Shown: positions 28,241-37,921 of the stretch, piece by piece
Position numbering within the stretch: position 1 is the first letter of the stretch
How the letters are laid out: the number at the start of each line of letters is the position of its first letter
From: a bacterium
GTDB lineage: Bacteria > SAR324 > XYD2-FULL-50-16 > G965216635
NCBI GenBank assembly: GCA_965216635.1
Contig: OZ244188.1
Coordinates: 2,016,001-2,080,000 of the forward strand
DNA length: 64,000 nucleotides
Reading direction: 5' to 3'
Notes under the pieces: generated by a model
Seen by the model: only the letters and a program-made list of their open reading frames with translations
What the model was told of the DNA's origin: nothing
Database searches by the model: none
Position numbers and translations under genes: made by a program

Positions 28241-29680
28241 ATGGCAAAATACGATTACAACATAATAAGCATAGGAGCCGGTTCTGCGGGACTAGTTACC
28301 AGCTATATTGGAGCAATACTCAAAGCAAGAGTTGCTCTAATTGAAAGACATAAAATGGGCGGAGACTGTCTAAATACAGGTTGTGTTCCCAGCAAAGCTT
28401 TAATTAAAACCGCAAAAGTAATTCAGAGTTTCAAAAAACATAAAGTATATGGATTAGAAGAAGCTTCTTACAAGTTAAATTTTAAAGCGGTGATGGAGCA
28501 GGTGCAAGAGGTTATCCGTAAAATTGAGCCTCACGATAGTGTAGAGAGGTATAGCAAACTCGGGGTAGAATGCTATAAAAATGAAGCTCGTTTGCTCTCG
28601 CCTCACGAAATAGAACTAGACGACGGCAAAAAAATTACCGCAAAAAACATAGTGATTGCCACAGGAGCGAGACCTGCGGTACTTCCCATAACAGGACTAG
28701 ATTCTTTAGATTATGTGCATTCTGATAATATTTGGGATTTAAAAGAATGCCCCGAAAGAATGCTATTCTTGGGAGGAGGTCCTATAGGTTGTGAGTTGGC
28801 GCAATGTTTTGCTAGGTTAGGAAGTAAGGTGACGATTATAGATATTGCCCCCACCATTTTGCCTAGGGAGGATCCTGAAATTGCTCGCTTTGTGATTGAT
28901 TCTTTTAAGAGCGACGGCATTGATTTTATTGGAGAAGCTAAAATTGATAGGTTTGAAAAAAACAGCAACGTAGAAAAAGTCTATTACCAACAAGGCGGCA
29001 AAGATCAAGTTTTAGAGTTTGATAAAATTTTTTTAGGTACAGGTAGGCAAGCGAATACTAAGGGGTTTGGAATAGAAGAGCTTGGCATAGAATTGAATCC
29101 TAATAAGACTCTAAAAGTTAATGATTATTTGCAGACCACAGTGCCTAATATTTATGGGTGCGGAGATGTTGTAGGTCCTTTTCAATTTACACATATGGCG
29201 TCTCATCAGGCGTGGTATTGTGCGGTAAATTCTTTATTTTCCCCTTTCAAAAAATTTAAAGTAGATTATTCTGTTGTGCCATGGGTTACCTATACGGATC
29301 CTGAAGTAGCTCAAGTAGGTGAGAATGAAATTTCTTGCCAACAAAAAGGTTTGGCTTTTGAAGTCACCCGTTATGGAATAGACGACCTAGATAGAGCAAT
29401 AGCGGATAGAGAAGATAGAGGGATAGTAAAAATAATTACTGTGCCTAAAAAAGATACTATACTAGGCTGCACTATTTGCGCTCAAAATGCAGGAGAAATG
29501 ATAGGCGAGTTTATTTTGGCAATGAAAAACAAAATCGGATTAAATAAAATTTTAGGAACTATTCATCCCTATCCCACAATGATTGAGGCGAATAAATACG
29601 CTGCTGGACAATGGAAAAGTGCCAATGCTCCCCAAAAGATTTTAAATTTTTTAGGGAAGTTTCATAGCTGGAGGAGATAG
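28241..29680 (+). CDS. class I pyridine nucleotide-disulfide oxidoreductase (Lpd/MerA-like)
   Basis: GAGSAG, GGDCLNTGCVPSK, GGGPIG, HPYPT. Confidence 0.88.
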   Translation: MAKYDYNIISIGAGSAGLVTSYIGAILKARVALIERHKMGGDCLNTGCVPSKALIKTAKVIQSFKKHKVYGLEEASYKLNFKAVMEQVQEVIRKIEPHDSVERYSKLGVECYKNEARLLSPHEIELDDGKKITAKNIVIATGARPAVLPITGLDSLDYVHSDNIWDLKECPERMLFLGGGPIGCELAQCFARLGSKVTIIDIAPTILPREDPEIARFVIDSFKSDGIDFIGEAKIDRFEKNSNVEKVYYQQGGKDQVLEFDKIFLGTGRQANTKGFGIEELGIELNPNKTLKVNDYLQTTVPNIYGCGDVVGPFQFTHMASHQAWYCAVNSLFSPFKKFKVDYSVVPWVTYTDPEVAQVGENEISCQQKGLAFEVTRYGIDDLDRAIADREDRGIVKIITVPKKDTILGCTICAQNAGEMIGEFILAMKNKIGLNKILGTIHPYPTMIEANKYAAGQWKSANAPQKILNFLGKFHSWRR

Positions 29681-29753
29681 AAAATTTATGTAAAGCGGTG
29701 AAAGGTAAGTGATTGGCTTTCAAAGGTCTATAGGATAATTTGCATTATTTAAA

Positions 29754-30118
29754 ATGATTGAGCTAAACAAGATCTACAGCGAGGATTGCCTGTAGTAGCT
29801 ATGTTAAGGATGCCAGAGTGTTTTGTAGATATGACTATTACCTCTCCGCCTTATGATAATATGAGAAAATACGAGGGAAACAACAATATTCAATTTAAAA
29901 AAATAGCAAAAGAATTATATCGCATAACAAAAAAAGGAGCCGTTGTTGTTTGGATAATAGGAGATCAAACCAAAAATTGGGATGAGTCTGGAACTTCTTT
30001 TATGCAGTGTTTGTATTTTAAAGAGATGGATATGATAAAGGAAAAGATAGAGAACCAGAATATAGAAAAAAATGCACTAATTGTGGCATTGAAAAAGACA
30101 AGAGAGAATTTGATATAA
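29754..30118 (+). pseudogene. N4/N6 DNA methyltransferase remnant
   Basis: MIELNKIYSEDCL* then frameshift to ...TITSPPY...IAKELYRITK; truncated, no SAM-binding motif. Confidence 0.75.
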
Positions 30119-30245
30119 ATCAAATTCAAGCTGGAGATAGAATTGTTAGAAGAGGCGAATGCAAAGAGTGTCGTAAATGGAAAAAACCGATACCTCTAAA
30201 AAGAGCTATAAAATGGCTTCAAAAAACAGTAAATTTTTTTTTAAA

Positions 30246-30347
30246 CCTGTAGGGGATGTTTTTTTTTCCCAAAATGGTTGCTTAGTCAACCATTTGGAGC
30301 AAAAAATAATGTCCCCTGCAATATTTTTGTTTTTTTATTTAGTTTTT
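30246..30347. repeat. REP-like hairpin H1
   Basis: CCTGTAGGGGAT...ATGTCCCCTGCAATATTTTTGTTTTTTATTTAG with a nested CCAAAATGGTTG/CAACCATTTGG hairpin. Confidence 0.75.
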
Positions 30348-30498
30348 TGTGATTTTTCTTTTTATTTTCACCTTTTTGTCTATCTTTTTGTTTTTTAGTA
30401 TTGACTTTAAAGGAGAATTATAATATTGTAAGGTTTTTAGATAGATTTTAGATCTATATTTTCTTTTTTCTGTGTTTAATTTAAATTAAAAAATTAAA

Positions 30499-31962
30499 AT
30501 GTCAAATAAAATTATAGGTAAAATTACTGGTAATATTACTGGTAAAACGCCAAATAAAATTACAAATAAAATTATAGGTAAAATTACTGGTAATATTACA
30601 GGTAAAATGAATAGTAAAAATTTTACTGGATCGGGTGCTGGCTTGTTTAAGGGTAGGTTTGCTGGTTCGTTTAAGGCTGTCTTTTTCGTGGGTTTGCTCT
30701 TTTCTCTTGTAGGTGTGGCGAATAGTCTGCAAGCCCAAGAAGGAGAACAAGCAGGAAAACAAGCAGGACAGCAGGGTTGGTTTGTTGGTGTTAGTCCTTT
30801 TGTGATGGATGTAAAGCTCAAAAAAACAAGCAGGCGAGTAGGTGAGGAAAGGACGGAAGTAAGCAAATTAGTAACTGAAGTAGTAAGCCCGGTAGTAGCT
30901 GCTATTAGCTACGACGCCACTGTGCCTAACTTTGATTTAAATGCAGTACACAGAGTGAGGTTTGGGTCGAGTACAAGTGGATCCCGCCAAGCATCTGCTA
31001 ATTCAGCAAGCTTAGAGGCTGAATTGTTGTGTGAGAATGGAACGATCCGTGAAATAACGCAAAGAGATGATCTAGGAGACATCCATGGTCAGCCATCATT
31101 TGCTGCAAACCCAGATACCATTTATTTGGTTAGCTACGATGAAACGACAGTCTTAACAGTTGGTCTAAGCCAAATCTTACAAAATACACCAGCAACAACG
31201 ACTGATATTAGTGCATCGGATTGTAAAGATTTTTTTGAGTCAGCTTTATCTTCCTCTGCTCCAATGACAACCTTACTCCCAGGCAAGCCACCTGAAAAAC
31301 TACCAGACAAAACCTCAGAAGAAACCTCAAAACTCAAGGGAACAGGAATCTCGTTCGGTTTTAACTTTGAAAAATACTCCTTGTCTTTCAACCAACTCCA
31401 ATGGAGCGCAGGAGACGACAAGCTGCAAGCCCAGGTGCTTTTAGCCCGTTATTTTCTACCCTACGGTCTTTCTGTAGGAGGTGGTTTAGCGAGCGCAAAG
31501 CTAGGCACATCTTTTGGCTCGGCATCGGGCACAGCACCCGCCTTGCATTTTGCCTACAATTATCCCGTTACAAAAAACTTACAGATTCAGGTAAGTTTAT
31601 TTTGGCTAGGGCTGGATCTTGCGGTGCAGGATACCCAGATCATTAATTCTACTCCTACGACTACGACTACTGCTTCTACTCTAACTACTGCTGCTCCTAC
31701 TTTCCAAAGGAGAGCCGTCGTTGGTCTGCAGCGGAGAGGCGGGCATGACGACAATGACTATGAGGCGGAAAAAAGTGATAGATTTGGTGTTGGCAATGAG
31801 TATGATACTAGAGTAGTGGTTACTGCAACGATTCCCAGCGAAGTGAGAACAACAACGACTACAAGCACTACAAAAACTGTGAGCGGAGGGCGACGCCACC
31901 GAGCCGCAGAAATCAAAAACCCCGCCACCATTAGCATAAATTTCATCTGGCGCTTTCGTTAA
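30499..31962 (+). CDS. outer-membrane beta-barrel protein with two large loop inserts, paralog 1
   Basis: Signal peptide, QQGWFVGVSPF first strand, amphipathic strands, C-terminal INFIWRF; true start may lie after the N-terminal repeats. Confidence 0.75.
   Translation: MSNKIIGKITGNITGKTPNKITNKIIGKITGNITGKMNSKNFTGSGAGLFKGRFAGSFKAVFFVGLLFSLVGVANSLQAQEGEQAGKQAGQQGWFVGVSPFVMDVKLKKTSRRVGEERTEVSKLVTEVVSPVVAAISYDATVPNFDLNAVHRVRFGSSTSGSRQASANSASLEAELLCENGTIREITQRDDLGDIHGQPSFAANPDTIYLVSYDETTVLTVGLSQILQNTPATTTDISASDCKDFFESALSSSAPMTTLLPGKPPEKLPDKTSEETSKLKGTGISFGFNFEKYSLSFNQLQWSAGDDKLQAQVLLARYFLPYGLSVGGGLASAKLGTSFGSASGTAPALHFAYNYPVTKNLQIQVSLFWLGLDLAVQDTQIINSTPTTTTTASTLTTAAPTFQRRAVVGLQRRGGHDDNDYEAEKSDRFGVGNEYDTRVVVTATIPSEVRTTTTTSTTKTVSGGRRHRAAEIKNPATISINFIWRFR
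30504..30606 (+). repeat. 60-bp duplication built from 12-bp AAAATTACTGGT-like units
   Basis: Encodes NKIIGKITGNITGK twice. Confidence 0.8.
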
Positions 31963-31989
31963 GGAAGCTTCTGGAAAATGCCTATCATG

Positions 31990-32065
31990 CCTGCAGGGGA
32001 CACATTTTTATCTACCGATAAAAAAATGTCCCCTGCAATATTTTTGTTTTTTTATTTAGTTTTTT
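31990..32065. repeat. REP-like hairpin H2
   Basis: TGCAGGGGACACATTTTTATCTACCGATAAAAAAATGTCCCCTGCA plus T-rich tail. Confidence 0.85.
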
Positions 32066-32108
32066 CTGGTATCTTTTATCTAGTTTCACTTTTTAACTAC
32101 AAAAAATT

Positions 32109-33254
32109 ATGAAATCTATAAATATTAAATTGAACTTGTTTGTATTGCCTCTAATATTGAAGTCGGTTGTTTTTCCCCTTATAATATTTACAGCTACTCT
32201 TTTGTTTTTCTGTGCAGGGGTAGGAAACCTACTGGCACAGGAAAGACAGCAGGGGTGGTTTGTGGGTGCTAGTCCCTATTCTTTTATAGGTGCTAAAATA
32301 AAAAAATCAACATCAACGGCAGTAGTAGTAACTGGCGCTGCAACCTTTGACTACCAAGCTACGATTAATAATGATCCAAATGTTTCTAAATTTGATAATG
32401 GTAGTTTGGGGAATACCAACGCTGCCATAACCGATGAAGAGGCGAAGCAGTCTTTAATCAGAGGAGCCATAGAGCTTTGTAAGCAAGGAACTGCTACTGG
32501 AGATAGATTCCTAGACGTTAACATTCCGCTTGACGCAAACGACTCAGCATCAAATCCTGACTACCCTACTACAGATACTGTAGATTATTATATTGGATAT
32601 CGTGGAGGTTTGAGAACAAATGTAGACAGAACTACGGAAATCTGTCATCTTCCAGCATCCGATGCTCTTCCTTCTATTATTGCTGCAGCAGCCACAGAAT
32701 CGTCGGAATCCTTGCAGGGAGGTTTGGCGCTCCAGTTTGGCTATAATCTTGAAAAATATAGAGTTTCTTTGACAAACTTTAGCAGTAAGGGAGGTGGCGC
32801 AACGTTGACAAACAATCTAGTGCTGGCGGATTGGTTTTTAGCTCAAGGATTTTATGCAGGGGTTGGTATCACTAACGCAAAACTAGAAACAGAGATAGGC
32901 TCCCAAACCAAGACAGCTGCTGCTTTTAACCTTGGATATTCTCGTAAGATAGGAAATTTACAACTAGAAGCGGGCTACCTTGTTTTGAATAGCAGTTTTG
33001 CTTTACAAAAAGAAACAGAGCGACAAACAGTAGCCCGAGGCACTTCTGAGACACAAACACTAGGTGAAACTGAAAAATCAAGGAATAGAATTGCAGGATT
33101 TCGATTCAGTGCTGTAAGTGGTTCCCAATACGACTCAATTGTAGAAGTTACGAGGACTACAACAGCCTCCACTGCTACTGCTACTGAGACTACGAAGATA
33201 GAACTCCAACCACAAAAAATCATCTATTTCCGCCTAATTTGGAAATTTCATTAA
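32109..33254 (+). CDS. outer-membrane beta-barrel protein with loop inserts, paralog 2
   Basis: QQGWFVGASPY, FGYNLEKY, C-terminal FRLIWKF; homologous to paralog 1. Confidence 0.75.
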   Translation: MKSINIKLNLFVLPLILKSVVFPLIIFTATLLFFCAGVGNLLAQERQQGWFVGASPYSFIGAKIKKSTSTAVVVTGAATFDYQATINNDPNVSKFDNGSLGNTNAAITDEEAKQSLIRGAIELCKQGTATGDRFLDVNIPLDANDSASNPDYPTTDTVDYYIGYRGGLRTNVDRTTEICHLPASDALPSIIAAAATESSESLQGGLALQFGYNLEKYRVSLTNFSSKGGGATLTNNLVLADWFLAQGFYAGVGITNAKLETEIGSQTKTAAAFNLGYSRKIGNLQLEAGYLVLNSSFALQKETERQTVARGTSETQTLGETEKSRNRIAGFRFSAVSGSQYDSIVEVTRTTTASTATATETTKIELQPQKIIYFRLIWKFH

Positions 33255-33294
33255 GCAAAACACACAAAAACAAAACAAAAAAAAACAGCAGAAC

Positions 33295-33352
33295 GGGGAC
33301 ACATTTTTATCTACCGATAAAAAAATGTCCCCTGCAATATTTTTGTTTTTTT
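33295..33352. repeat. REP-like hairpin H3
   Basis: Core identical to H2. Confidence 0.85.
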
Positions 33353-33404
33353 AAAAACCTGTCCCCGCCAAAAACAGCCTCCCTGTCCCACAAATAGATC
33401 TTCT

Positions 33405-34133
33405 TTAAGAACAGGGACGTATTTTTTTATTCAAAGGATTTGGCTTAGAAAAAGCAGCGTATTCTTTCTCGTATTCTGCTAAAATTTTATTTCGCATCTT
33501 ATTTCTTTTTTCTTCAGGAAGCTTGTCTAAAACTAAAGGTAAAATTTCACTGGCGTGGCTTAAAGTATAGTACTTTATACCCTTTTCTTTAAAAATCGTT
33601 TTTATACAAGTCCCATTGGGATTCAGCTGTTGACGATCCAAAAGCCCCACTACTGCGATTATACAAACTTCCATTTTTTGCAGCTGCTCTAGGAAATTTA
33701 GACAGGAGCCGCCAGTTGTAAATACATCTTCTAGCAACAATACCTTTTTAGGTTTATTTCCGTTGACCCAATAGCGATTGTTGACATCTCCGTGATTTTT
33801 TGGCTTGAGGCGAAACTGAAAAATTTTATCTTTGAGTGTTTTTCTACGAACAAACTCTTTTTGTAATTCATAACCTAAAATGCTGCTTCCTTCTGGAACA
33901 CCTATTATAGCATCTAGGTTAGCTGATTTTTTTTCTGTCAAAACATTGTGTTCTATAAAATTAGCTATTATGGTTTTCAGGTTTGCTAGGCATTTATAGT
34001 TCTGAATAGCTTTGCGAAAGTTAGCATACCAAAAAGATTTTTTGCCAGACTTTAATTGTAGTGGAGGTTCGCAAATACCTACTATTTCTTGTTGAATTAA
34101 GAAACGGTGGAATGTGGTTTTAGAAAATTTCAT
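33405..34133 (-). CDS. pyrE: orotate phosphoribosyltransferase-like protein
   Basis: LKSGKKSFWYANFR, K..HG, LLEDVFTTGGS, LLDRQ. Confidence 0.82.
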   Translation of the reverse strand: MKFSKTTFHRFLIQQEIVGICEPPLQLKSGKKSFWYANFRKAIQNYKCLANLKTIIANFIEHNVLTEKKSANLDAIIGVPEGSSILGYELQKEFVRRKTLKDKIFQFRLKPKNHGDVNNRYWVNGNKPKKVLLLEDVFTTGGSCLNFLEQLQKMEVCIIAVVGLLDRQQLNPNGTCIKTIFKEKGIKYYTLSHASEILPLVLDKLPEEKRNKMRNKILAEYEKEYAAFSKPNPLNKKIRPCS

Positions 34134-34444
34134 TTTTTCTCTTTTATTGCTTGTCTTGCTAATTTATCGCACAACTCATTACTTTAATTGTAGTGGAGGT
34201 TCGCAAATACCTACTATTTCTTGTTGAATTAAGAAACGGTGGAATGTGGTTTTAGAAAATTTCATTTTTTCTCTTTTATTGCCTGTCTTGCTAATTTATC
34301 GCACAACTCATTACTTTAATTGTAGTGGAGGTTCGCAAATACCTACTATTTCTTGTTGAATTAAGAAACGGTGGAATGTGGTTTTAGAAAATTTCATTTT
34401 TTCTCTTTGATTGCCTGTCTTGCTAATTTATCGCACAACTCATT
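34049..34444. repeat. 3 x 132-bp tandem repeat over the rnhA/pyrE junction
   Basis: Units start at 34049, 34181 and 34313; two SNPs distinguish the copies. Confidence 0.95.
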
Positions 34445-34852
34445 TTCTTGGCTTTCTGCGTGTCCTTTAATCCAAATCCATTGTACTTTTCTTAAATTGT
34501 TTTGTTGGTCTAGTTCTTTCCATAGTTTTTGGTTGGCTACTGGTTTATTGTTTGCTGTTTTCCAGCCTTTTTTTTTCCAATTTTTCAGCCACTGCCCGAT
34601 ACCTTTTTGAAGATATTGGCTATCTGTATAGAGTTTTACAAGAGACGATAAAGGTAGGTTTTCTAGCGCTTTGATGGCGGCTGTCATCTCCATAATATTG
34701 TTTGTGGTATGAGAAGAATAGCCGGAGCGATTTATTTCTTGGGGGCTACCGTCTTCTTTTTTGTGGTGGATTACAAAAGCCCAGCCTCCTTCTCCCGGGT
34801 TTTTAGAACAGGCTCCATCCGTCCAAACCTGATAAAGACTAGAATTTGACAT
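34394..34852 (-). CDS. rnhA: ribonuclease HI
   Basis: TDGACSKNPG, TTNNIME, TDSQY, WIKGHA, NELCD. Confidence 0.96.
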   Translation of the reverse strand: MSNSSLYQVWTDGACSKNPGEGGWAFVIHHKKEDGSPQEINRSGYSSHTTNNIMEMTAAIKALENLPLSSLVKLYTDSQYLQKGIGQWLKNWKKKGWKTANNKPVANQKLWKELDQQNNLRKVQWIWIKGHAESQENELCDKLARQAIKEKK

Positions 34853-34861
34853 GTGTTTGTT

Positions 34862-35092
34862 TTAGCGGAGTGGGAAAATTGCACCCTCTACAAGGGCGCT
34901 CTCGGAAGAACCGCAGTCTATTAAATTATCTATCTCTCGCGTGGGTTGAAATTTCTCTACTAGACTCCGCAGTAACCCTATTTCGCTCCAAACAAACATC
35001 CAATTGAAATTGAGATTATCCATAATTCTTTTTAATAAATTAAGCAGAATTGGGATAAACCCCAATAACAAGACATCGGTAACTATTTTCAC
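34862..35092 (-). CDS. small hypothetical protein or gene remnant
   Basis: 76-codon ORF co-oriented with neighbours; no motif. Confidence 0.3.
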   Translation of the reverse strand: MKIVTDVLLLGFIPILLNLLKRIMDNLNFNWMFVWSEIGLLRSLVEKFQPTREIDNLIDCGSSESALVEGAIFPLR

Positions 35093-35157
35093 TTTTGTTC
35101 TTTAACCTAAAATTTTCTTTGTGAAATTTTTGATAGTTTAAAGAAATCTTTTTTTCA

Positions 35158-35937
35158 TCAATTATCTATTACGTCGTAGATATCTACACCAAACCACTCC
35201 TTACTGATTCTTTGATAAATCCCTTTTTCACGGAGTGCCTTAATTGCTTCGTTGAATTTTTCTGCCAAGTCTTTATCTTGTTGACGCACAACTACTCCAA
35301 TACCTTCTCCAAACCACTTAGGATCTTTATAGACCTTGCCTACAAATTCGTAGTCTTCTCCTTCTTCTTTGTTTAAAAAACTATCAAGCAACTGTAATCC
35401 ATCAGACATCACTGCATCTAGGCGGTCGCTTTTTAAATCTAGTAAGGCTTCGTCTATTGTGCTGTAAAGTTTGATATTAGAGTTTGGAAAATTTGCGTCC
35501 AAAAATTCGTGAAAGATAGTTGAACGCTGCACGCCTAATCTTTTCTCATCAGGTTCAAAATCAGCACTATATCTGCCTTTTTTAGCTACAAACCTAGTAG
35601 GAGTGTCAAAGTATTTTTCAGAAAAATAAAATCTTTTTTTTCGTTCTTCTGTAATAGATACCGAAGCTATAACTGCGTCGTATTTTCTGGCTAAAAGAGC
35701 GGGAAATATTCCATCCCAGTCTTGAGAAACTAGCGTACATTCTGCCTTCAACTCTTCGCATAAAACTTCTATTAAATCTATTTCAAAACCTTTTAATTCT
35801 CCATCTTCAGCAACATAATTGAAAGGAGGATAAGCTCCTTCGGTTACTATCCTGATTTTTGACCAGTCTTTTGCTAATGCGGTAGAACCAATCAAAAGCA
35901 AGCTCAATAGGACTGTTGTTATTATTTTCATTCTCAT
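35158..35937 (-). CDS. polar amino-acid ABC transporter substrate-binding protein (ArgT/HisJ-like)
   Basis: EGAYPPFN, QDWDG, SITEER, GEGIG. Confidence 0.92.
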   Translation of the reverse strand: MRMKIITTVLLSLLLIGSTALAKDWSKIRIVTEGAYPPFNYVAEDGELKGFEIDLIEVLCEELKAECTLVSQDWDGIFPALLARKYDAVIASVSITEERKKRFYFSEKYFDTPTRFVAKKGRYSADFEPDEKRLGVQRSTIFHEFLDANFPNSNIKLYSTIDEALLDLKSDRLDAVMSDGLQLLDSFLNKEEGEDYEFVGKVYKDPKWFGEGIGVVVRQQDKDLAEKFNEAIKALREKGIYQRISKEWFGVDIYDVIDN

Positions 35938-36015
35938 TTTTTAAGTTAAGTTATTATTGATTAGAAAAAAATCTGAGATTTTTGCTTATTATCTGATATT
36001 TTTGATTATTATAGC

Positions 36016-36050
36016 ATAAACCTTTGAATTTGCCAAATTCAAAAGTCTAT
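36016..36050. repeat. collapsed palindromic element E5 (termini only)
   Basis: ATAAACCTTTGAATTTGCCAAATTCAAAAGTCTAT. Confidence 0.6.
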
Positions 36051-36066
36051 AGTATAAGAACTCTGT

Positions 36067-36095
36067 AAAAAAAAACAATAGCACCGAAAGGTGCT
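36067..36095 (-). terminator. intrinsic terminator
   Basis: AGCACC-TTTC-GGTGCT hairpin followed by a T-rich tail after the stop of 36109-36879. Confidence 0.65.
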
Positions 36096-36108
36096 CTTGT
36101 CAGCTAGA

Positions 36109-36879
36109 TTATTTACCATAAACATCATATCCAAAATAACTATTGCTAATTTTTTGGTAGATTCCTTTTTTACGGATAGCTTTAATTGCTTTATTGAGCG
36201 CTTTGGTTAAGTCTTTGTCTTGCTTGCGAACAGCAATTCCAATTCCTTCTCCGAACCACTTTTTGTTATAATAGGCTTTGCCAACTATTTCATAGTCTTG
36301 ACCTTTGTCGGTTTTTAAGAAGCCGTCTTGCAACTGTAAACCATCAGACATCACAGCGTCTAACCTGCCGCTTTGTAAATCTAGCAGTGCTTGTTCTATG
36401 GTATCATAAAGTTTGATTTTTGCTTTAGGAAAATTATCTTCCAAAAAATTCTGAAAGATTGTAGAACGTTGAGTTCCTAATTTCTTTTTAGCAGGTTTAA
36501 ACTTTTTACTATACTTGCCTTTTTTAGCAACAAACCTAGCTGGAGTAGCGTAATACTTGCCTGTGAAATCCACCTTTTTTAGCCTTTCTTCAGTAATAGA
36601 CATAGAGGCCACAATGGCGTCGTATTTCTTAGCTAAAAGAGCGGGTATTATGCCATCCCAGTCCTGAGTTACAATTGTGCATTTTGCACCTAATTCTTTA
36701 CAAAGGGCTTTGGCTATATCTATATCAAAGCCTTTCACTTCTCCCGAATTATCAGTATAGTTAAAAGGAGGATAAGCCCCTTCTGTTCCTATTCTGATTT
36801 TTGACCAGTCCTTTGCAAATGCGTTAGAACCAATCAAAAGCAAGCCTAATAAGACTGCTATAATTGTTTTTTTTTTCAT
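36109..36879 (-). CDS. polar amino-acid ABC transporter substrate-binding protein (paralog)
   Basis: Same motifs as 35158-35937. Confidence 0.92.
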   Translation of the reverse strand: MKKKTIIAVLLGLLLIGSNAFAKDWSKIRIGTEGAYPPFNYTDNSGEVKGFDIDIAKALCKELGAKCTIVTQDWDGIIPALLAKKYDAIVASMSITEERLKKVDFTGKYYATPARFVAKKGKYSKKFKPAKKKLGTQRSTIFQNFLEDNFPKAKIKLYDTIEQALLDLQSGRLDAVMSDGLQLQDGFLKTDKGQDYEIVGKAYYNKKWFGEGIGIAVRKQDKDLTKALNKAIKAIRKKGIYQKISNSYFGYDVYGK

Positions 36880-36897
36880 TTTTTTATTTGGATTATT

Positions 36898-37038
36898 AAG
36901 ACCGTTGCATTGGAGTTATGTGACGGCTAGGCAAGGAAAAAATTTATGAAAAAGCGGAGCATACACGATAGTATGTGAGCATTTTTTATAAATTTTTAAC
37001 GTCGCATAGGCTAAATAGAACTTCAATGCAATGGTCTT
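36898..37038. repeat. palindromic element E6
   Basis: AAGACCGTTGCATTG / CAATGCAATGGTCTT termini; central CATAC-ACGATA-GTATG hairpin; GACGGCTAGGCAAGG module. Confidence 0.8.
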
Positions 37039-37146
37039 GGATTATGAAATTTTTTGAATTAGCTGCTTGTTAAGGTACCATACTAATCTAAAAACTTCTA
37101 TTAAAAAACTCTTACCTAGAATATAAAAAACGCTAATGTAAGAGCT

Positions 37147-37902
37147 CTATTGATTAGAAAAAAACTTTTTTATTATTGGATCCTTAGAAAAAAATATTTC
37201 TTTAGGTTTTCCTTGTTTTTTTATAAATCCATCGTGGAAAAAAGAAATTTCATCAGAAATATCTTTAGCAAAATTCATCTCGTGTGTCACTAGAATCATA
37301 GTACCTCCCTGTTTAGCTAAATTTTGAATTACGAGCAGTACTTCCTGTACTAGCTCTGGGTCTAGCGCCGAAGTAGGTTCATCAAAAAGCATAACCGAAG
37401 GCTCTATGGCTAAAGCCCTAGCAATAGCTGCTCTTTGTTGTTGCCCACCAGATAGCTGTATTGGGTAATTTTCTAGCTTGTCGCCGATTCCCACTTGGTT
37501 TAGGTAGTGGATTGCTTTTTCGTATGCTTCTTGTTTTTTCATTTTTTTCACTACAATTAAAGCTACCGCAACATTCTCTAAAATAGTCATATGGCTCCAA
37601 AGGTTAAATTGTTGAAAAACCATCCCTAACTTTGTTCTAAATTGACGAATTTTTTTCTTTGTCTGCCGAGAAATTTTTTTGCCTTTTTCAAATTGAATAC
37701 AATCTCCTTTTAAACTCACAGAACCAGAATCTGGTTGTTCTAAAAAATTTAAACAGCGCAAAAAAGTGCTTTTTCCAGAACCGCTAGATCCTATAATGGA
37801 ATAAACTCCTCCTTTTTTAGCCTTTAAGCTGACCCCTTTAAGAGGTTGGATTTTTCCAAATGCTTTTTTGATGTTTTCTGCAAATAGAATTGTTTCTTTC
37901 AT
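37147..37902 (-). CDS. amino-acid ABC transporter ATP-binding protein (HisP-like)
   Basis: GSSGSGKST, LSGGQQQR, FDEPTSALDPEL. Confidence 0.93.
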   Translation of the reverse strand: MKETILFAENIKKAFGKIQPLKGVSLKAKKGGVYSIIGSSGSGKSTFLRCLNFLEQPDSGSVSLKGDCIQFEKGKKISRQTKKKIRQFRTKLGMVFQQFNLWSHMTILENVAVALIVVKKMKKQEAYEKAIHYLNQVGIGDKLENYPIQLSGGQQQRAAIARALAIEPSVMLFDEPTSALDPELVQEVLLVIQNLAKQGGTMILVTHEMNFAKDISDEISFFHDGFIKKQGKPKEIFFSKDPIIKKFFSNQ

Positions 37903-37921
37903 AATTTATAAACGTTCGTGT

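Noticed and set aside
28241..29680. Mercuric reductase merA
   Set aside because: No C-terminal Cys-Cys pair and no mer operon context
30177..30398. 73-aa hydrophobic ORF
   Set aside because: Runs through hairpin H1 and its T-rich tail; hydrophobicity comes from poly-T
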